NCBI GenBank assembly: GCA_051294375.1
Contig: CM119264.1
Coordinates: forward strand, 129,846-193,845
Direction: 5' to 3'
Source of the DNA: Paraspadella gotoi
Taxonomy: Eukaryota; Animalia; Chaetognatha
Length of the DNA: 64,000 bases
Part shown: one piece after another, positions 13,202-27,455 of the stretch
Layout of the letters: each line of letters starts with the position of its first letter
Position numbering within the stretch: the first letter of the stretch is position 1
Position numbers and translations under genes: made by a program
Notes under the pieces: generated by a model
The model's input: only the letters and a program-made list of their open reading frames with translations
Databases searched by the model: none
What the model was told of the DNA's origin: nothing

Positions 13202-13661
13202 TATATTATTCAATAAATAAGCTCTTATGTCCCTGTTTTTGGACAGGCGATGGTGGGTTTTGGCCTCCATCCCTCTCATAAGATAATGACATAGCAGGAC
13301 CCTGCAAGCTTTCAATCAAGACGCTTTCAATATTAAATCACTTACTTAAAGCCATGCTATGTTTAATATTTTTTTTGCTTAAAGAGCGAAGGAAATTATG
13401 TATTTATGCTCTACTAAAAATGATATAACCTTTTTTTATAAGCAAAATGTTGTTTTTCTGTTTGCTTATTTTCATTATTTTTTTTATTTACCCTATTATT
13501 TTTCGGCCGATAGAAAAATAAAAATTTCGTCGAATACTGCTAATCCCTATAAACTTTAGGTTTTTTTTATTTTTATTCTTCCCTATTATTTCCTTTTTTT
13601 GTTACATTAAGTTTAACTTTTTTCCAAGAATTTTTATCAAACTGTGAAGTTGCAACGCCGA

Positions 13662-13703
<42 letters not shown>

Positions 13704-14060
13704 CGACGCCGACGATGCTGAAAGAAGATAACCACAACAACAGTAAAAAAAGAACGAAAATAAAGAAAGAAAAAAAAGAAAAATGTAATAAATATTTATT
13801 TGCTTCTATGAGAGTCAATTCCAGCTGACGAAGGAAAAGGCTAAAACATAAAAAAAAATATTAAAATATTAAAATATTTGTTTTTTTTTCTATCATTTCG
13901 TTGGTGTTTAAAAGTTTAAAAGTTTAAAAAGAGAAAATATTGAATTTCACAACGAATTTTTTTTTTAATTTGCAAACATGTTTCGAATAGTTTTCTATTC
14001 ATCGTCAGTGCAAAAACATTTTATGAAATTGCAAGTTTAGGCAATGTTAAAATTAAGTTT

Positions 14061-14166
<106 letters not shown>

Positions 14167-14949
14167 ATAAGATAAAGCTTCCAAGAAAGGGTTGAGGGAA
14201 AGTTAACAACCAGAAGGGAAAGACAGCCGAAGTTTTAGGTCAGATTGAAGAATATAGGAGGGAAAAGAAAATGAAAGGTCAAGGTAGAAAAGGTAACCCA
14301 GAGGTAATAATTTAGGATTTACATTGCAAATACAATAATAAAAATAGTTTAGACTAATGGTTGAAAGGATGTCAGTAACAAATTAATTTGAGAATAAACA
14401 TAACTGCTGAATGACATATTAGGAAAAGTAATGATATTTCAAGGTAGAGAACGGGGGTTAGGGTTAAGGAGAGAGTATTTGGCTTTCCATGAAATCATAC
14501 TTAATTTCAAATTATAATAAATGTTGTAGCAAAAGCTGTAAAATTTCAGCAGGGGTAAAGTGGCGACAGAAAAGCAGCAGCGAGGCAGAGGCAGAGCAGC
14601 TGCAGCAGCTGCCGTCATCGACATGTCCAGTTTTTTTTTCTTCGTCGACATACAAAGAAATATTGAAAGCCGCTTTCGCCGCCGCCGCCGCCTTCACCGT
14701 AGCCGCCGCAGCCGCAGCCGCAGGTCGAATGTTCGGAAGAAAAAAAAATCAACAAAAAGAAAAAAAAGGCAAAAGAAAAAAAGAAGTTGCGCTCTTGACG
14801 CGGTATTTCTGTAGTATTTCTGCTCATCCATGCATCATATTTGCAGTATTTAGGTGGGAGTTTGCACTCTCAATACCGTGTTCTTTGACATGTCGAGCGA
14901 AAATAACAATAAAATATAAATGAAAATGTTGCAAGGTCATTTTGAGGGA

Positions 14950-15350
14950 AAACAAGACACGAGGAAAGAAAACAAGACATAAAACAAAACAAAACATAAT
15001 GATACATAATGAAGAGAAAACTAGACATAAAACAAAACAAAACATAATGATACATATTGAAGAGAAAACAAGACATAAAACAAAACATAATGATACATAA
15101 TGAAGAGAAAACAAGACATAAAACAAAACATAATAATACATATTGAAGAGAAAACAAGACATAAAACAAAACAAAACATAATGATACATATTGAAGAGGA
15201 AACAAGACATAAAACAAAACAAAACATAATTATACATAATGAAGAGAAAATAAGACATAAAATAAAACATAATGATACATATTGAAGAGAAAACAAGACA
15301 TAAAACAAAACAAAACATAATGCTACATAATGAAAAAAAATAAGACATTT
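14950..15350. repeat. Minisatellite, ~44-49 bp unit
   Basis: About 8-9 tandem units of gaagagaaaacaagacata(aaaca)n taatgatacata.t; explains the Cys/Phe-rich ORFs here. Confidence 0.9.
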
Positions 15351-16419
15351 AGACAAACTTGTCAGCGAGCAGTGCTTTAAATTCACACCCTCAGTCGTGA
15401 ACCCGATGGTTCATTGGGTAAATACCTTCAGCTCATGACATTAGGTACCGGGATCGATACCAATCCCCCAAGCCCCCAATCCCCCAATCCCTCAGTCCCC
15501 CAATTCCCCAATCCCCATAAGCCTGGTTCCAAGCCAAGTTAATGTAGTTGCGGTAGTACACTTCAGTCCACTCAGCGCTTTATCCACAAAACAAGACAAA
15601 TAAGACATAAGATGAGAAAACGAGACATAAGTAGGGGTAGCCCCACTCAATGGGGTGAGTCAAAAATTTAGAATATTACATGCTCAAACGAAAATTTATA
15701 CATTTTGAAGTATACTTTCAATGGACAAAACATTCTTATGTGGCTCTATTACCCAAATAATTAATTTTTAATAAATTTATTTGATAAATAGGAAAGGCCA
15801 AAATTTTTTTTCAGAATTTTTTCAATTTTAAGACCAGATTCAGATAGCTCATAAAAAGTTGTCTACACAAAGTATAATTCTTTTTTAAATATTTTCATGT
15901 TAAGTGAGTCAAAAATAAGAAAAAACTGTAAAAAATCATCATCATCATCATCTTTCGATAATTTTAATCATTTTTTTTATATTTTCAACAAGAAAACGTA
16001 AGAATTTTTAAAAGCTGTAATTATATTTCTTGTTTAACTTTTATGCTCTATCAGAATCCATAAAAAAATAAAGATTTCAAAAAATAAATTTTATAAAGTA
16101 AAATAAAGACAAAGTATATATTTATGTATTAATCAGATCGTATACTGTAGAATGTGTCTGTTTTTTAGAAAAATGATCTGCTTAAATATTTTAGTCAGAG
16201 ACAACTAAAAATACTTTTGCTAATAGTATCGACGAATTTTATATTATTCTCTGGAGTTGGTCGCCAATAACATAAGGACAAAAATAAAGCTTTTAAATGC
16301 GAACTAAGGAACAAATTGGATTGTTGTTGTTGTTGTTGGTTGTTGTCAATGAGACGTGGGAGAATTTTCAGTCTGGATTCACAAAAAGAAGAGAGAAAAA
16401 AAGACCTTGAGAAAAAAAT

Positions 16420-16470
<51 letters not shown>

Positions 16471-16521
16471 AGAGAGGAGAGAGAAAGGGGAAAGAAAAGA
16501 AGACCTTGTGTCTAAAGATAT

Positions 16522-16558
<37 letters not shown>

Positions 16559-16628
16559 CAGAAAGAGGTTAAACAGAGAGAGAAAGTCTGGAAGTTGATT
16601 GCAAAAGAGCTTAGCGTCAGAGTTTTTC

Positions 16629-16677
<49 letters not shown>

Positions 16678-19600
16678 TCTCTCCCCAGGTACACAGCCAC
16701 ATAAAAAAAAAAAAGGTTTAAAATATCGAGGAAGGAAACCGGAAAGACTCTCGCAGCAAACTTTAGAAAGTCAATTTTTTCCAAAGGAGCCCCATATCAT
16801 CTAAAATATCGCAATTTATGATGGACAAGAATATTATACAAAAATTGTAAATTTACAAATTTAACACCAAACAGTTTTATTTTATCATAGATTAGGCTTT
16901 AGAAACCTCTTCACTGAGCTAATCAAAAAAGGATATTTTTGTTTTGGCATTGAAATTAAACCCAGAGTTTTTATATTAATAGGATCATACATAGTAAAGG
17001 GTAAGGCAGTAGTAAAATTTTTAAATTTAACTTTAAATTAAAATTCTAAAAAGTGATGGAATGAAACAACATTATAAATCTAATGAACATTTATGTATAA
17101 TAAAAAATTTATAATAAATTTTAACAATTTACGCAGATAGGCCATATTTATACTAGTTTTTACTATATCATCAATAAATGTTAAAATTTCAAAACAGTTT
17201 TTTTCTAAGATTTTTTTTTTTTTTGCAGATTTGGATTCGTCATAAATAAGTTATGATAAAAGAAATAATAACTCTTTTTTAAAAATTATTCCTTTCATTT
17301 TAATTAAAAAAAATTAAACAATTAGAAAAAGCCTATATTTTACAAGTCATCAAAATTAACTTTTTTATATATTAAATATAGTTTTTGTAATTTTTAACCC
17401 ACTTACATGAAAAGTAATTTTAAAAGATTAATTTATATTTTCTTCTAGTCAACTTTGACAGGAATCAAATCTGCAATCAAAATATAAGAAAAGTCTATTT
17501 TGAAATTTTTGTTTAGAGTTTTTTTTATAAGTGCATAGTACTATAATAAAAATATAGCCTACTGCCGAAAATATAGACACAAGACATACAAACATTCAAT
17601 ATTATTATTTTAATAAAATTATTGGTTCACTGATTTAGGTATGTTAATTCATAATTGATCTTTAGAATTTTCGACGTACTTTCACTATGCCTTTAGGCAT
17701 CAAGGGGTTAATAGTTTTAACTTTTTTTTGGGAGATTAAAAGTGTAAGTTAAAAATTTAATCTTCTCAGATTACGCTCTACGTGCAATTAGGTCAAAGAT
17801 AAAATTTAATACATAGGTAAATAGAATTTGCGTTAAATTTTTAGTTTAATGGTTCCAGAATTAAAGATAGCAGATTGATTTACTTTATGCGTTACATGTA
17901 TTAGTTTTAGGTTATAGAATATAAATTTTTTATTAAAAGAATTATATTCAATAGCCGAGTTTGGGTTTTCCTAAACAAAAATGAGTTGCTTTTTGATAAA
18001 GCGAGCCGTAAATCTTTCTTTCGATATATGAGAATATTCTTTTTGATCTTTATAATTAGATCATAGAGTGGTGCGTTAACTCTGGATACGCAGTGGGTGT
18101 GGCCCAGATCCGAGTGGGCGTGGCCCAGATCATCCATTTCACCATTTTTATTCATATTTTTATCCATTTTATCGTCGCCACGATAAATGTTGTCTTTCTC
18201 ATTTTTTTTCCGCGGTTTCTTCTCTATTTTTTTATCATCGTTATTGTTCTTTTGTATTTTTCGAAATAAAATTATATTTATATTTTTTTTTTCTTTTCTA
18301 CCATTCATTCTATTCCTTTTCTTTCCCTCTTTCTCCTTTTCCCCCTCTCTCTCCCTCTTTCCCCTCCCTCTCCCTCTCTCCCTCCCTCTCCCTCTTGCTC
18401 TCTCCCATAAAAGCAAAGCCCTACCTGTCCGCTCACACATTTTTTTACCATCCGACCGCTCCGCAAATAACTCCACCGGCCATGGAATTAGCGGCCGGCC
18501 CCTGATTGCGAAAGTAAGAGCGCCGCCTTCCAACGCGACGCCGGGGATCGAGCGCGACGCCGTCCCAGGCAACAGGCGGCGTCGGTTGTGTCAATTGAAT
18601 GGTCGGGTTATCCCCACTTTGTTGTATTCGTTGAGAGTGAAGATTTTGTGATCATCAGCCCATCCGACGCGTAGACGATAGTGCCGGGGAGAAGGGACAT
18701 GGATTCAGTCAGAGTTTCATGAACTGAAATAACAGTTTTAAATTGTAGAGATACTATTTTAAGATTTAAAAAAAATATACCTTTAACATTAGATACCTTT
18801 TGAATATTGAGGGAGTTTGTAACTAAGCTGTCATCTTTCGGGAAATCGCATGATTACTCGTTAAATTAATCAGGTTAATAACTAGATAAAAGTCAAAAGG
18901 CTCAGATGCTAAGTCAAATTAATTTCATTTTTGTGATATATTATTATAATAATAGTATTATTATATTATATCTTTATACTTCACTTTAATTATTTTAATT
19001 TATATTTTTTACCATTTTACACGTATTTTCCTTCCATTATAAAACTAAACTTCAGGATTAAGTAACATTTTTTTGTAATCAGGAGGTTAGAGGTTAAATA
19101 TATTTAGTCCATAGCTGGGTTAAAGGATTAGACGATAGGTAATAGGGGATTAGGATAGAAGATTAAGTTTTAGGGTTAGGATAGGAAGATTAGTGTTAGG
19201 TTAAGGGATAGAAGATAGGTTTAGGGAGTAAGGTTAGAAGATAGGTTAAGGGTTTTTTTAAGGATATGATTTAGGCGTTAGGGATAATGATTAGGTTAGC
19301 GGGGTAAATGATAGAAGATATGATTAGAGAGGTTAAGTGATAGAAGATAGGTTAGGAGGTGTAAAGATAGTAACGATAGGTTATGTGGGTTAAGCTGAAA
19401 AGAAGATGGTTAATGAATATAGGATCACAGAAGATAGATTAGCAGTTTAGGATTAGAAAAGTGAGGTTAGGGGTTAAGGATCAGAAGATAGGTTAGGGGT
19501 TAAGGATAGAAGATAGGTTAGGGGGTTAAGGCGATATGAAGATAGGTTGGGTTAAGGATAGAAGATAGATTAGGGTTAAAGATAGAAGATGGTTAGGGGT

Positions 19601-19863
19601 TACAGATAGAAGATATTATAGAATAAAAAAAAAAATGTAAAGATTAGAAGATAGGTAGGGGTTACGGATTGAAGATAGGTTTGTGGTTAAGGATAAAAGA
19701 TAGTTAAGGGTTAAGGATAGAAGATAGATAGGGGTTAAGGATAGAAGATAGGTTAGGGGTAAGAGATAAAAAATAGGTTATTGATAAGGCTTAGGTTTTC
19801 CTCGTCGTCTCTTTTTTAACATGAATAAATTATTTATTTGTTTTCCTCTCTCTTTCTCTCTCT

Positions 19864-19911
<48 letters not shown>

Positions 19912-20068
19912 GTCGACGTAAACGACATCGTGCAAATTCATTATAATGGCATTAATAAGAGGCCAGAGGAAGAGAGATAGAGAAAGAAAGAGAGGAGAGA
20001 TAGAGAGAGAGAGAGATAGAGATAGAGAGAGAGAATAGAGAGAGGAAAATAGAGAGAGAGAGAAAGAG

Positions 20069-20111
<43 letters not shown>

Positions 20112-20115
20112 GAGA

Positions 20116-20150
<35 letters not shown>

Positions 20151-21169
20151 AGAGAAAGAAGAAATCCTCGCTAATTCCTAATTCAAACTCAACCATATTT
20201 TTTCTTTACTATATTTTTTGCATCTTCATCTAATCAATTATTCTTAACTCTCTCTTTCTTACTTCATAATACGTTGTTTCCTTAATTATTTATTTTCCCA
20301 AAGCAAACTTGTATGTATAATAAATATACTTGCACATACTTAGTANNNNNNNNNNNNNNNNNNNNNNNNNCCCAATCCCCCAAGCCTGGTTCCAAGCCAA
20401 GTTAATGTAGTTGCGGATAGTACACTTCAGTCCACTCAGCGCTTTATCCACAAAACAAGGACAAATAAGACATAAGATGAGAAAACGAGACATAAGTAGG
20501 GGTAGCCCCACTCAATGGGGTGAGTCAAAAATNNNNNNNNNNNNNNNNNNNNNNNNNNNNNNNNNNNNNNNNNNNNNNNNNNNNNNNNNNNNNNNNNNNN
20601 NNNNNNNNNNNNNNNNNNNNNNNNNNNNNNNNNNNNNNNNNNNNNNNNNNNNNNNNNNNNNNNNNNNNNNNNNNNNNNNNNNNNNNNNNNNNNNNNNNNN
20701 NNNNNNNNNNNNNNNNNNNNNNNNNNNNNNNNNNNNNNNNNNNNNNNNNNNNNNNNNNNNNNNNNNNNNNNNNNNNNNNNNNNNNNNNNNNNNNNNNNNN
20801 NNNNNNNNNNNNNNNNNNNNNNNNNNNNNNNNNNNNNNNNNNNNNNNNNNNNNNNNNNNNNNNNNNNNNNNNNNNNNNNNNNNNNNNNNNNNNNNNNNNN
20901 NNNNNNNNNNNNNNNNNNNNNNNNNNNNNNNNNNNNNNNNNNNNNNNNNNNNNNNNNNNNNNNNNNNNNTTCGACTATTAGCAAAGTTTTAGTTGTCTTG
21001 ACTAAATATTTAAGCAATCATTTTCAAAAAAAAAATTTACAGTATACGTCTTGATTAATACATTAAAATTTACTGTCTTTTTTTACGAAATTTTATATTA
21101 TCTCTGGAGTTGGTCCCTAACATAAGGACAAAAAAAAGCTTTTAAACTGCGAACTGAAGGACAAATTGG

Positions 21170-21200
<31 letters not shown>

Positions 21201-21370
21201 CAATAGACGTGGGAGAATTTTCAGTCTGTGATTCAGAAAAAGAAGAGAGAAAAAAAGACCTTGAGAAAGAGATAGAGAGAGAAAGAGAGAGAGGAGAGAA
21301 GAGCAGCAGACGGATATGCAGAGAGAGAGAGGGGAAAGAAAGAGAAGACCTTGTGTCTAAAGATATCGAC

Positions 21371-21404
<34 letters not shown>

Positions 21405-23066
21405 CAGAGAGGTACAGAGAGAGATAGAGTTGGAAGTTTTGCAAAAGAGCTTAGCGTCAGGTTTTCTCTCTCTCTCTCGTCTACTTCTTCCTCTCGTCCT
21501 CTCTCTCTCCCCAAGGTACACAGCCACATAAAAGGTTAAAAATCAGAAAGAAACCGAAAGACTCTCGCAAGCAAACTTAGGTCATTTTTTCCAAAGGAGC
21601 CCCATTTCATCTAAAATTATTTTTAAGGCAAAACATTTATACAAAAATGGTAAATTATAAGATTTAATTTCAAACATTTTTATTTTATCATAGATTAGGC
21701 TTAGAAACCTCTTCATGAGCTAACAAAAAAGATATTTGTTTTGGCATTGAAATAAACCCAAGTTTTAATTAATAGGACAACATAGTAAGGGGTAAGGCGT
21801 AGTAAAATTTTTAAATTTAACTTTAATTAAAATTCTAAAAGTGAGGAATGAACAACATTATACTAATGAACATTTATGTATAAAAAAAATTTATAATAAA
21901 TTTTACAATTTACGCAGTAGGCCATATTTATACTAGTACTAATCCAATAAATGTTAAAATTTCAAAACAGTTTTTTCTAAGATTTTTTTGCAGATTTGGA
22001 TTCGTCATAAATAAGTTGATAAAAAGAAATATAACTCTTTTTAAAAAATTCCTTCATTAATTAAAAAAATTAAACAATTAGAAAAAGCTATATTTTAAGC
22101 TGAAAATTAACTTTTTATATATTAAATATAGTTTTTGTAATTTTTAACCCACTTAATGAAAGAATTTTTAAAAATAATTTATATTTTCTTCTATCAACTT
22201 TTGACGAGGAATTCAAATCTGCAATCAAAATTAAGAAAAGTCTATTTTGAAATTTTTAGATTTTATAAGGATAGTACTATATAAAAATATAGCCTACTGC
22301 GAAAATTAAAAAACATAAAATTATTTTTTTTTACAAATTATTGTTCACTGATGGTATGTTGTTCATAATTGATCTTTAGAATTTTCGTACGTAACTTTCA
22401 CTACGCCTTAGTAAGGGGGTTTAAAGTTTAAACTTTTTTGGAGATAAAAGTGTAGTTAAAAATTAATCTTTCAGATTAGGTTAGGAATTAGGTCAAAGAT
22501 AAAATTTAATACAAGGTTAAAGAATTGGTTAAATTTTTAGTTAAGGTTCAGAATTAAAGATTAGAGTTGATTATTATGGTTACAGATTAGTTTTAGGTTA
22601 AGGAATATAATTTTTTTAAAAAATTATATTCAATAGCGAGTTTGGGTTTCCTAAACAAAAATGAGTTGCTTTCGAAAAGTCGAGCCTAAATCTTTCTTTT
22701 CGAATAGAGAGAATCTTTGATCTTTATAATTAGATCATGAGTGGGCGTTAACTCTGGATCCGAGTGGGTGTGGCCCAGATCCGAGTGGGCGTGGCCCAGA
22801 TCATCCATTTTCCCTTTTTTTCTATTTTTTCCATTTTCGTCGCACGAAAATTTGTCTTTCTCATTTTTTCCGCGGTTTTTCTTCTCTTTTTTTTTCTGTT
22901 ATTGTTCTTTTGTATTTTTAAATATTATATTTATATTTTTTTCTTTTCTCCATTCATTCTTTCCTTCTTTCCCTCTTTCTCCCTCTTTCCCCCTCTCTCC
23001 CTCTTTCCCTCCCTCTCCCTCTCTCCCTCCCTCTCCCTCTTGCCCCCCATAAAAGCAAAGCCCTAC

Positions 23067-23299
23067 CTGTCCGCTCACATCCATCGCCGCTCCGCAAATA
23101 ACTCCACCGGCCATGGAATTAGCGGCGCCCTGATTGGCGAAAGTAAGAGCGCCGCCTTCCAACGCGACGCCGGGATCGAGCGCGACGCCGTCCCAGGGCA
23201 AAGCGGCGTCGTTGGTGCCCAATGCGTCGGTTATCACTTTGTTGTTTCGTTGAGATGAAAATTTTGTGATCATCGCCCAGCGAGCGTAGACGATAGTGG
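23067..23299 (-). CDS. Orphan internal exon of a probable second gene, weakly LamG/concanavalin-like (frameshifted duplicate ~18425-18685)
   Basis: Acceptor ttcccttctccag and donor CAG|gtaggg; 233 nt open from phase 1 to phase 0: TIVYARWAMITKFSSQRNNKVITDALGTNDAALPWDGVALDPGVALEGGALTFANQGAANSMAGGVICGAAMDVSGQ; GC-rich against AT-rich flanks. Confidence 0.55.
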
Positions 23300-23689
23300 C
23301 TGGAGAAGGGAATGGATTCAGTCAGAGTTTCATAACTGTAATAACAGTTTTAAATTGGTAGAATACATTTTAAGATTTAAACAAAATATACTTTAATATT
23401 ATATACTTTTTGAATATTTGAGGGAGTTTGTAGATAAGTGTCATCTTTCGGGAAATGCATGTACTTTAAGATTAACAGGTTAATAACAATAAAAGTCAAA
23501 AGGCTCAGATGCTAAGTCAAATTAATTATTTTTGTGATATATTATTATAATAATAGTATATTATATTATATCTTTATCTTCACTTAATTATTAATTTATA
23601 TTTTTACCTTTTATCCGTATTTTCCTTCATTTTAATCTAAATTCAGGATTAAGTAACTTTTTTGTAATCAGGAGGTTAGAGGTTAAAAT

Positions 23690-24260
23690 ATAGTTTAGGG
23701 GTTAAGGATAGACGATAGGTTAGGGGTTAGGGATAGAAGATAAGTTAGGGGTTAGGGATAGAAGATAGGTTAGGGGTTAGGGATAGAAGATAGGTTAGGG
23801 AGTAAGGTTAGAAGATAGGTTAGGCGCGCTAAAGGATACGAAGATTGATTAGCGGGTTGTGATAGAAGATAGGTTAGGGGTTAAAGATAGAAGATAGGTT
23901 TAGGGGTTAAGGAAAGAAGATAGGGTTAATGAATAAGGATAGAAGATAGATTAGCAGTTTAGGGATAGAAAATAGGTTAGGGGTTAAGGATTAGAAGATA
24001 GGTTAGGGGTTAGGGATAGAAGATAGGTTAGGGGTTAAGGATAGAAGATAGATTAGGGGTTAAAGATAGAAGATTGGTTAGGGGTTACAGATAGAAGATA
24101 TATTAGTGGTTAAAGATAGAAGATAGGTTAGGGGTTACGGATTGAAGATAGGTTTGTGGTTAAGGATACAAGATAGGTTAAGGGTTAAGGATAGAAGATA
24201 GATTAGGGGTTAAGGATAGAAGATAGGTTAGGGGTAAGAGATAAAAAATAGGTTATTGAT
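23690..24260. repeat. 25-bp minisatellite with telomere-like TTAGGG core (duplicate ~19120-19780)
   Basis: Unit taggttaggggttaaggatagaaga repeated about 20 times. Confidence 0.9.
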
Positions 24261-24321
24261 AAGGCTTAGGTTTTCCTCGTCGTCTTCTTTTTTAACATGA
24301 ATAAATTATTTATTTGTTTTC

Positions 24322-24375
<54 letters not shown>

Positions 24376-24538
24376 TCGTCGACGTAAACGACATCGTGCA
24401 AATTCATTATTAATGGCATTAATAAGAGGCAGAGGAAGAGAGATAGAGAAAGAAAGAGAGAGAGATAGAGAGAGAGAGAGATAGAGATAGAGAGAGGGAG
24501 AAAATGAGAGAGAAATAGAGAGAGAGAAGAAAAGAGAG

Positions 24539-24588
<50 letters not shown>

Positions 24589-24835
24589 CTCGCTAATTCT
24601 AATTCAAACGTCAACCATATTTTCTTTACTATATTTTTTGCATCTTCATCTAATCAATTATTCTTAACTCGTCTCTTTCTTACTTCATAATACGTTGTTT
24701 CCCTTAATTATTTATTTTCCCAAAGCCAAACTTGTATGTATACATAAATATACTTGCACATACTTAGTATGGAAAAGGCATACAAATTCTCTCTCTCTCC
24801 ATTCTCAATTTTTCTCGTTTTCTCCAAAAAATATG

Positions 24836-25079
24836 ACACTATTTTTAAAAGCGCCTCATTTTTGCTTTTAATCCCTTAACTGAAATATTTATTCTTTTTT
24901 TTGAATTCTTGAACCTAACCATAACCTAATCCGCTACCCTAATCCTTAACCTTAACCTAATCCGCTACCCTAATCCTTAACCTTAACCTAATCCGCTACC
25001 CTAATCCCCAATCATTATCTTAATCTTTGATGCTAACTCCCAATTTAACATGAAATGGAACGCGTTTTGAAAATAGTGT
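24836..25079. mobile_element. TIR element with (CCCTAA/CCTAA)-like interior
   Basis: Imperfect TIR acactatttttaaaagcgcctcattt / aaatggaacgcgttttgaaaatagtgt enclosing repeats of cctaatccgctaccctaatccttaa. Confidence 0.6.
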
Positions 25080-25225
25080 AGACTTTTGTTCCCATTATCT
25101 CTTTACTATCCCCTTTTCGTCTCACGTTGAATATTTTATTTTGCAAAAAAGAGAAAAAGATTTTCTGTTTTTCTTCCGCCTCGTTTCTCATGAATCCTTT
25201 TTCCCAGATTCTCGTCGTCGTCGTT

Positions 25226-25261
<36 letters not shown>

Positions 25262-26009
25262 TTTGAACAAAAACATTCGAGAATCTAATCTTCCTTCATC
25301 ATCGAAGCTTCAGAAACTGTCTCAACCGCCACATCTGCTTCCACTTCCGGTTTCACCCCAAGTTCCACTACTTATTCTACTTCCGATTCCACTCCAAGTT
25401 CCACTACTTATTTCACTTCCGGTTTCACCCACGGTTTCATTACAATTTCTCATTTTGATTTCACCGATATTTCCATTACCAATCCAACTTCCAGTTCTAT
25501 CTCTGGTTCTACTTTTTATACTACCTTCTTTTTCCGGTTTCTCTTATTCCACCTCCTGGTCTACTTCCGGTTCTACTTCCGGTTCTACTTCCGGTTATAC
25601 TTCCGGTTCTACTCTCAGTTTTTTCCGAAGTTTATTTTTTATTTCCACTCGTTTCAATTTTTTTTCTTATCTCTTCCGACTTTGACACCTCCAGCCGCCG
25701 CCGCCGCCAACGCCGCTGCTGCTCCAGCTTTTACCCCTTATGCGTCTTAATCTTTTGCTTGAAACTCAAATCTTTAATTAATTTGGTTCAAATTCGCAAC
25801 AAAAACGAAGCAAATGTTTGTAACAAAAAATTGGGTTAGTGATTAAGTTTATGGACTTGGTTTGTAATTAGAGGTTAGGTATTTGCGTTGGGGAAAAGCG
25901 TTTAAGGTTAAAGATTTAAGAATTAGGGTATAAGGTTAGGGTAAGGGAATAGGGTATAAGTTTAAAAATATATTTAGATTGAATATTAAGGTTAAAATTA
26001 AATTCTGGG

Positions 26010-26300
26010 AAAAACGAACTGAAATGGGACAATCTGAAAAAAAATCACAAATCTAAAATGGGAGACTTTTGAAAAAGAGAGCACAAAACTGAAATAGGGC
26101 ACTCTCGAAAAAATAAGCACGAAACTGAAATGGGGAACTATCGGAAAAGAGAGCACAAATCTGAATCGGGGCATTCTTAGAATAGAGAGCACATAACTAA
26201 AATAGGGCACTCTCAGAAAATAGAGCACAAAACTGAAATGGGGTACTCAGAAAAGAGAACACAAAACTGAAATTGGCCGCTCTCAGAAAAAAGAGCACCA
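26010..26300. repeat. 36-bp minisatellite, ~8 units
   Basis: Unit approximately aaactgaaatggggcactctcagaaaagagagcaca. Confidence 0.85.
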
Positions 26301-26411
26301 AACTTGGGATTCGTTATTTTCTTTTTTTTAATTATAACCCAAGAAAAATGCATTTTGAATTATCGCTTCAAAAATTAAAAAAAAATTAAAATAAGCTTTA
26401 GTTCTTTTCAC

Positions 26412-26466
<55 letters not shown>

Positions 26467-26624
26467 CAATTTTTAATTTCGGTCATCAATTTTCTCTTTC
26501 CCGACGAAGAAAGTTGACAAAATAAGAAAAAATTAATCAAAAGAAAAAAATTATTAAAAAAAAAAAATCTAAAGTTAAACTCGAATTTGAGAAATTTTGT
26601 GGATTCAAATCTGACATTTGGTTA

Positions 26625-27040
26625 AAGACAAGACGGGCGCCCAAGATGGCACTCAAGACCGACGCGCAAGACCGACGCGCAAGATTGGCAGCCAAGACTG
26701 GCACCCAAGTCTGTCACCAAAGTCTGGCACACAGAACTAGCTCGTAAGACTGGCACCCAAGACTGGCACCCAAGACTGGGGCGGAAGACTAGTGCGCAAG
26801 ATTGGCGCGCAAGACTAGCACTCAAGACAAGCTACCAAGACTGGCACGCAAGACTGGCGCGCATGACTGGCACACAAGACTGGCACCCAAGACTGGGGCG
26901 CAAGACAAGTGAGCAAGACGGGTGCGCAAGACTGGCACCCTAGACTGGCAACCAATACTCGTGCCCTGAACTGGTGCTCTTGACTAGCGCCCAAGACTAG
27001 CGCCAATGACAGAGAGCCGAGACTGGCGCGTTACACGAGC
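26625..27040. repeat. 14-bp minisatellite
   Basis: Many tandem units of caagactggc(a/g)c(c/g). Confidence 0.9.
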
Positions 27041-27062
27041 GCCATAAACGGGAGCCATTTGG

Positions 27063-27116
<54 letters not shown>

Positions 27117-27218
27117 TTATTCAACCAAATGATTCTGCCTGACGCATTTCATATCTTTTCTTCTCTCTCTTTCTTTGTCGCTCTTTTTTTAATAGCAATC
27201 GGGAAGGGAGAGAGATGA

Positions 27219-27276
<58 letters not shown>

Positions 27277-27375
27277 CGTTGGCACAACTTCAGAAAGTCA
27301 GAGGTGCGTAAATAATTTGATCTTTGGCCAAAATAAGAACGGGAGTAGCACATTTTCTTCTTCTTCTCTCTCTCT

Positions 27376-27455
<80 letters not shown>

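Larger units (their letters stand above)
15508..24769. repeat. ~4.5-4.8 kb direct tandem duplication (15508-20345 / 20371-24769) across a 25-N gap
   Basis: Both copies start ccaatcccc..aagcctggttccaagccaag and end gcacatacttagta; differences are mostly small indels. The 437-N gap (20533-20969) corresponds to sequence present in copy 1. Confidence 0.92.

Noticed and set aside
20411-21017. ORFs of 153-193 aa
   Set aside because: They consist almost entirely of the N gap.
19120-24260. True telomere or fusion site
   Set aside because: Degenerate 25-bp unit, internal position and no pure TTAGG(G) array.
26010-27040. CRISPR-like regular repeats
   Set aside because: Contiguous tandem units without unique spacers, no cas genes, eukaryotic context.
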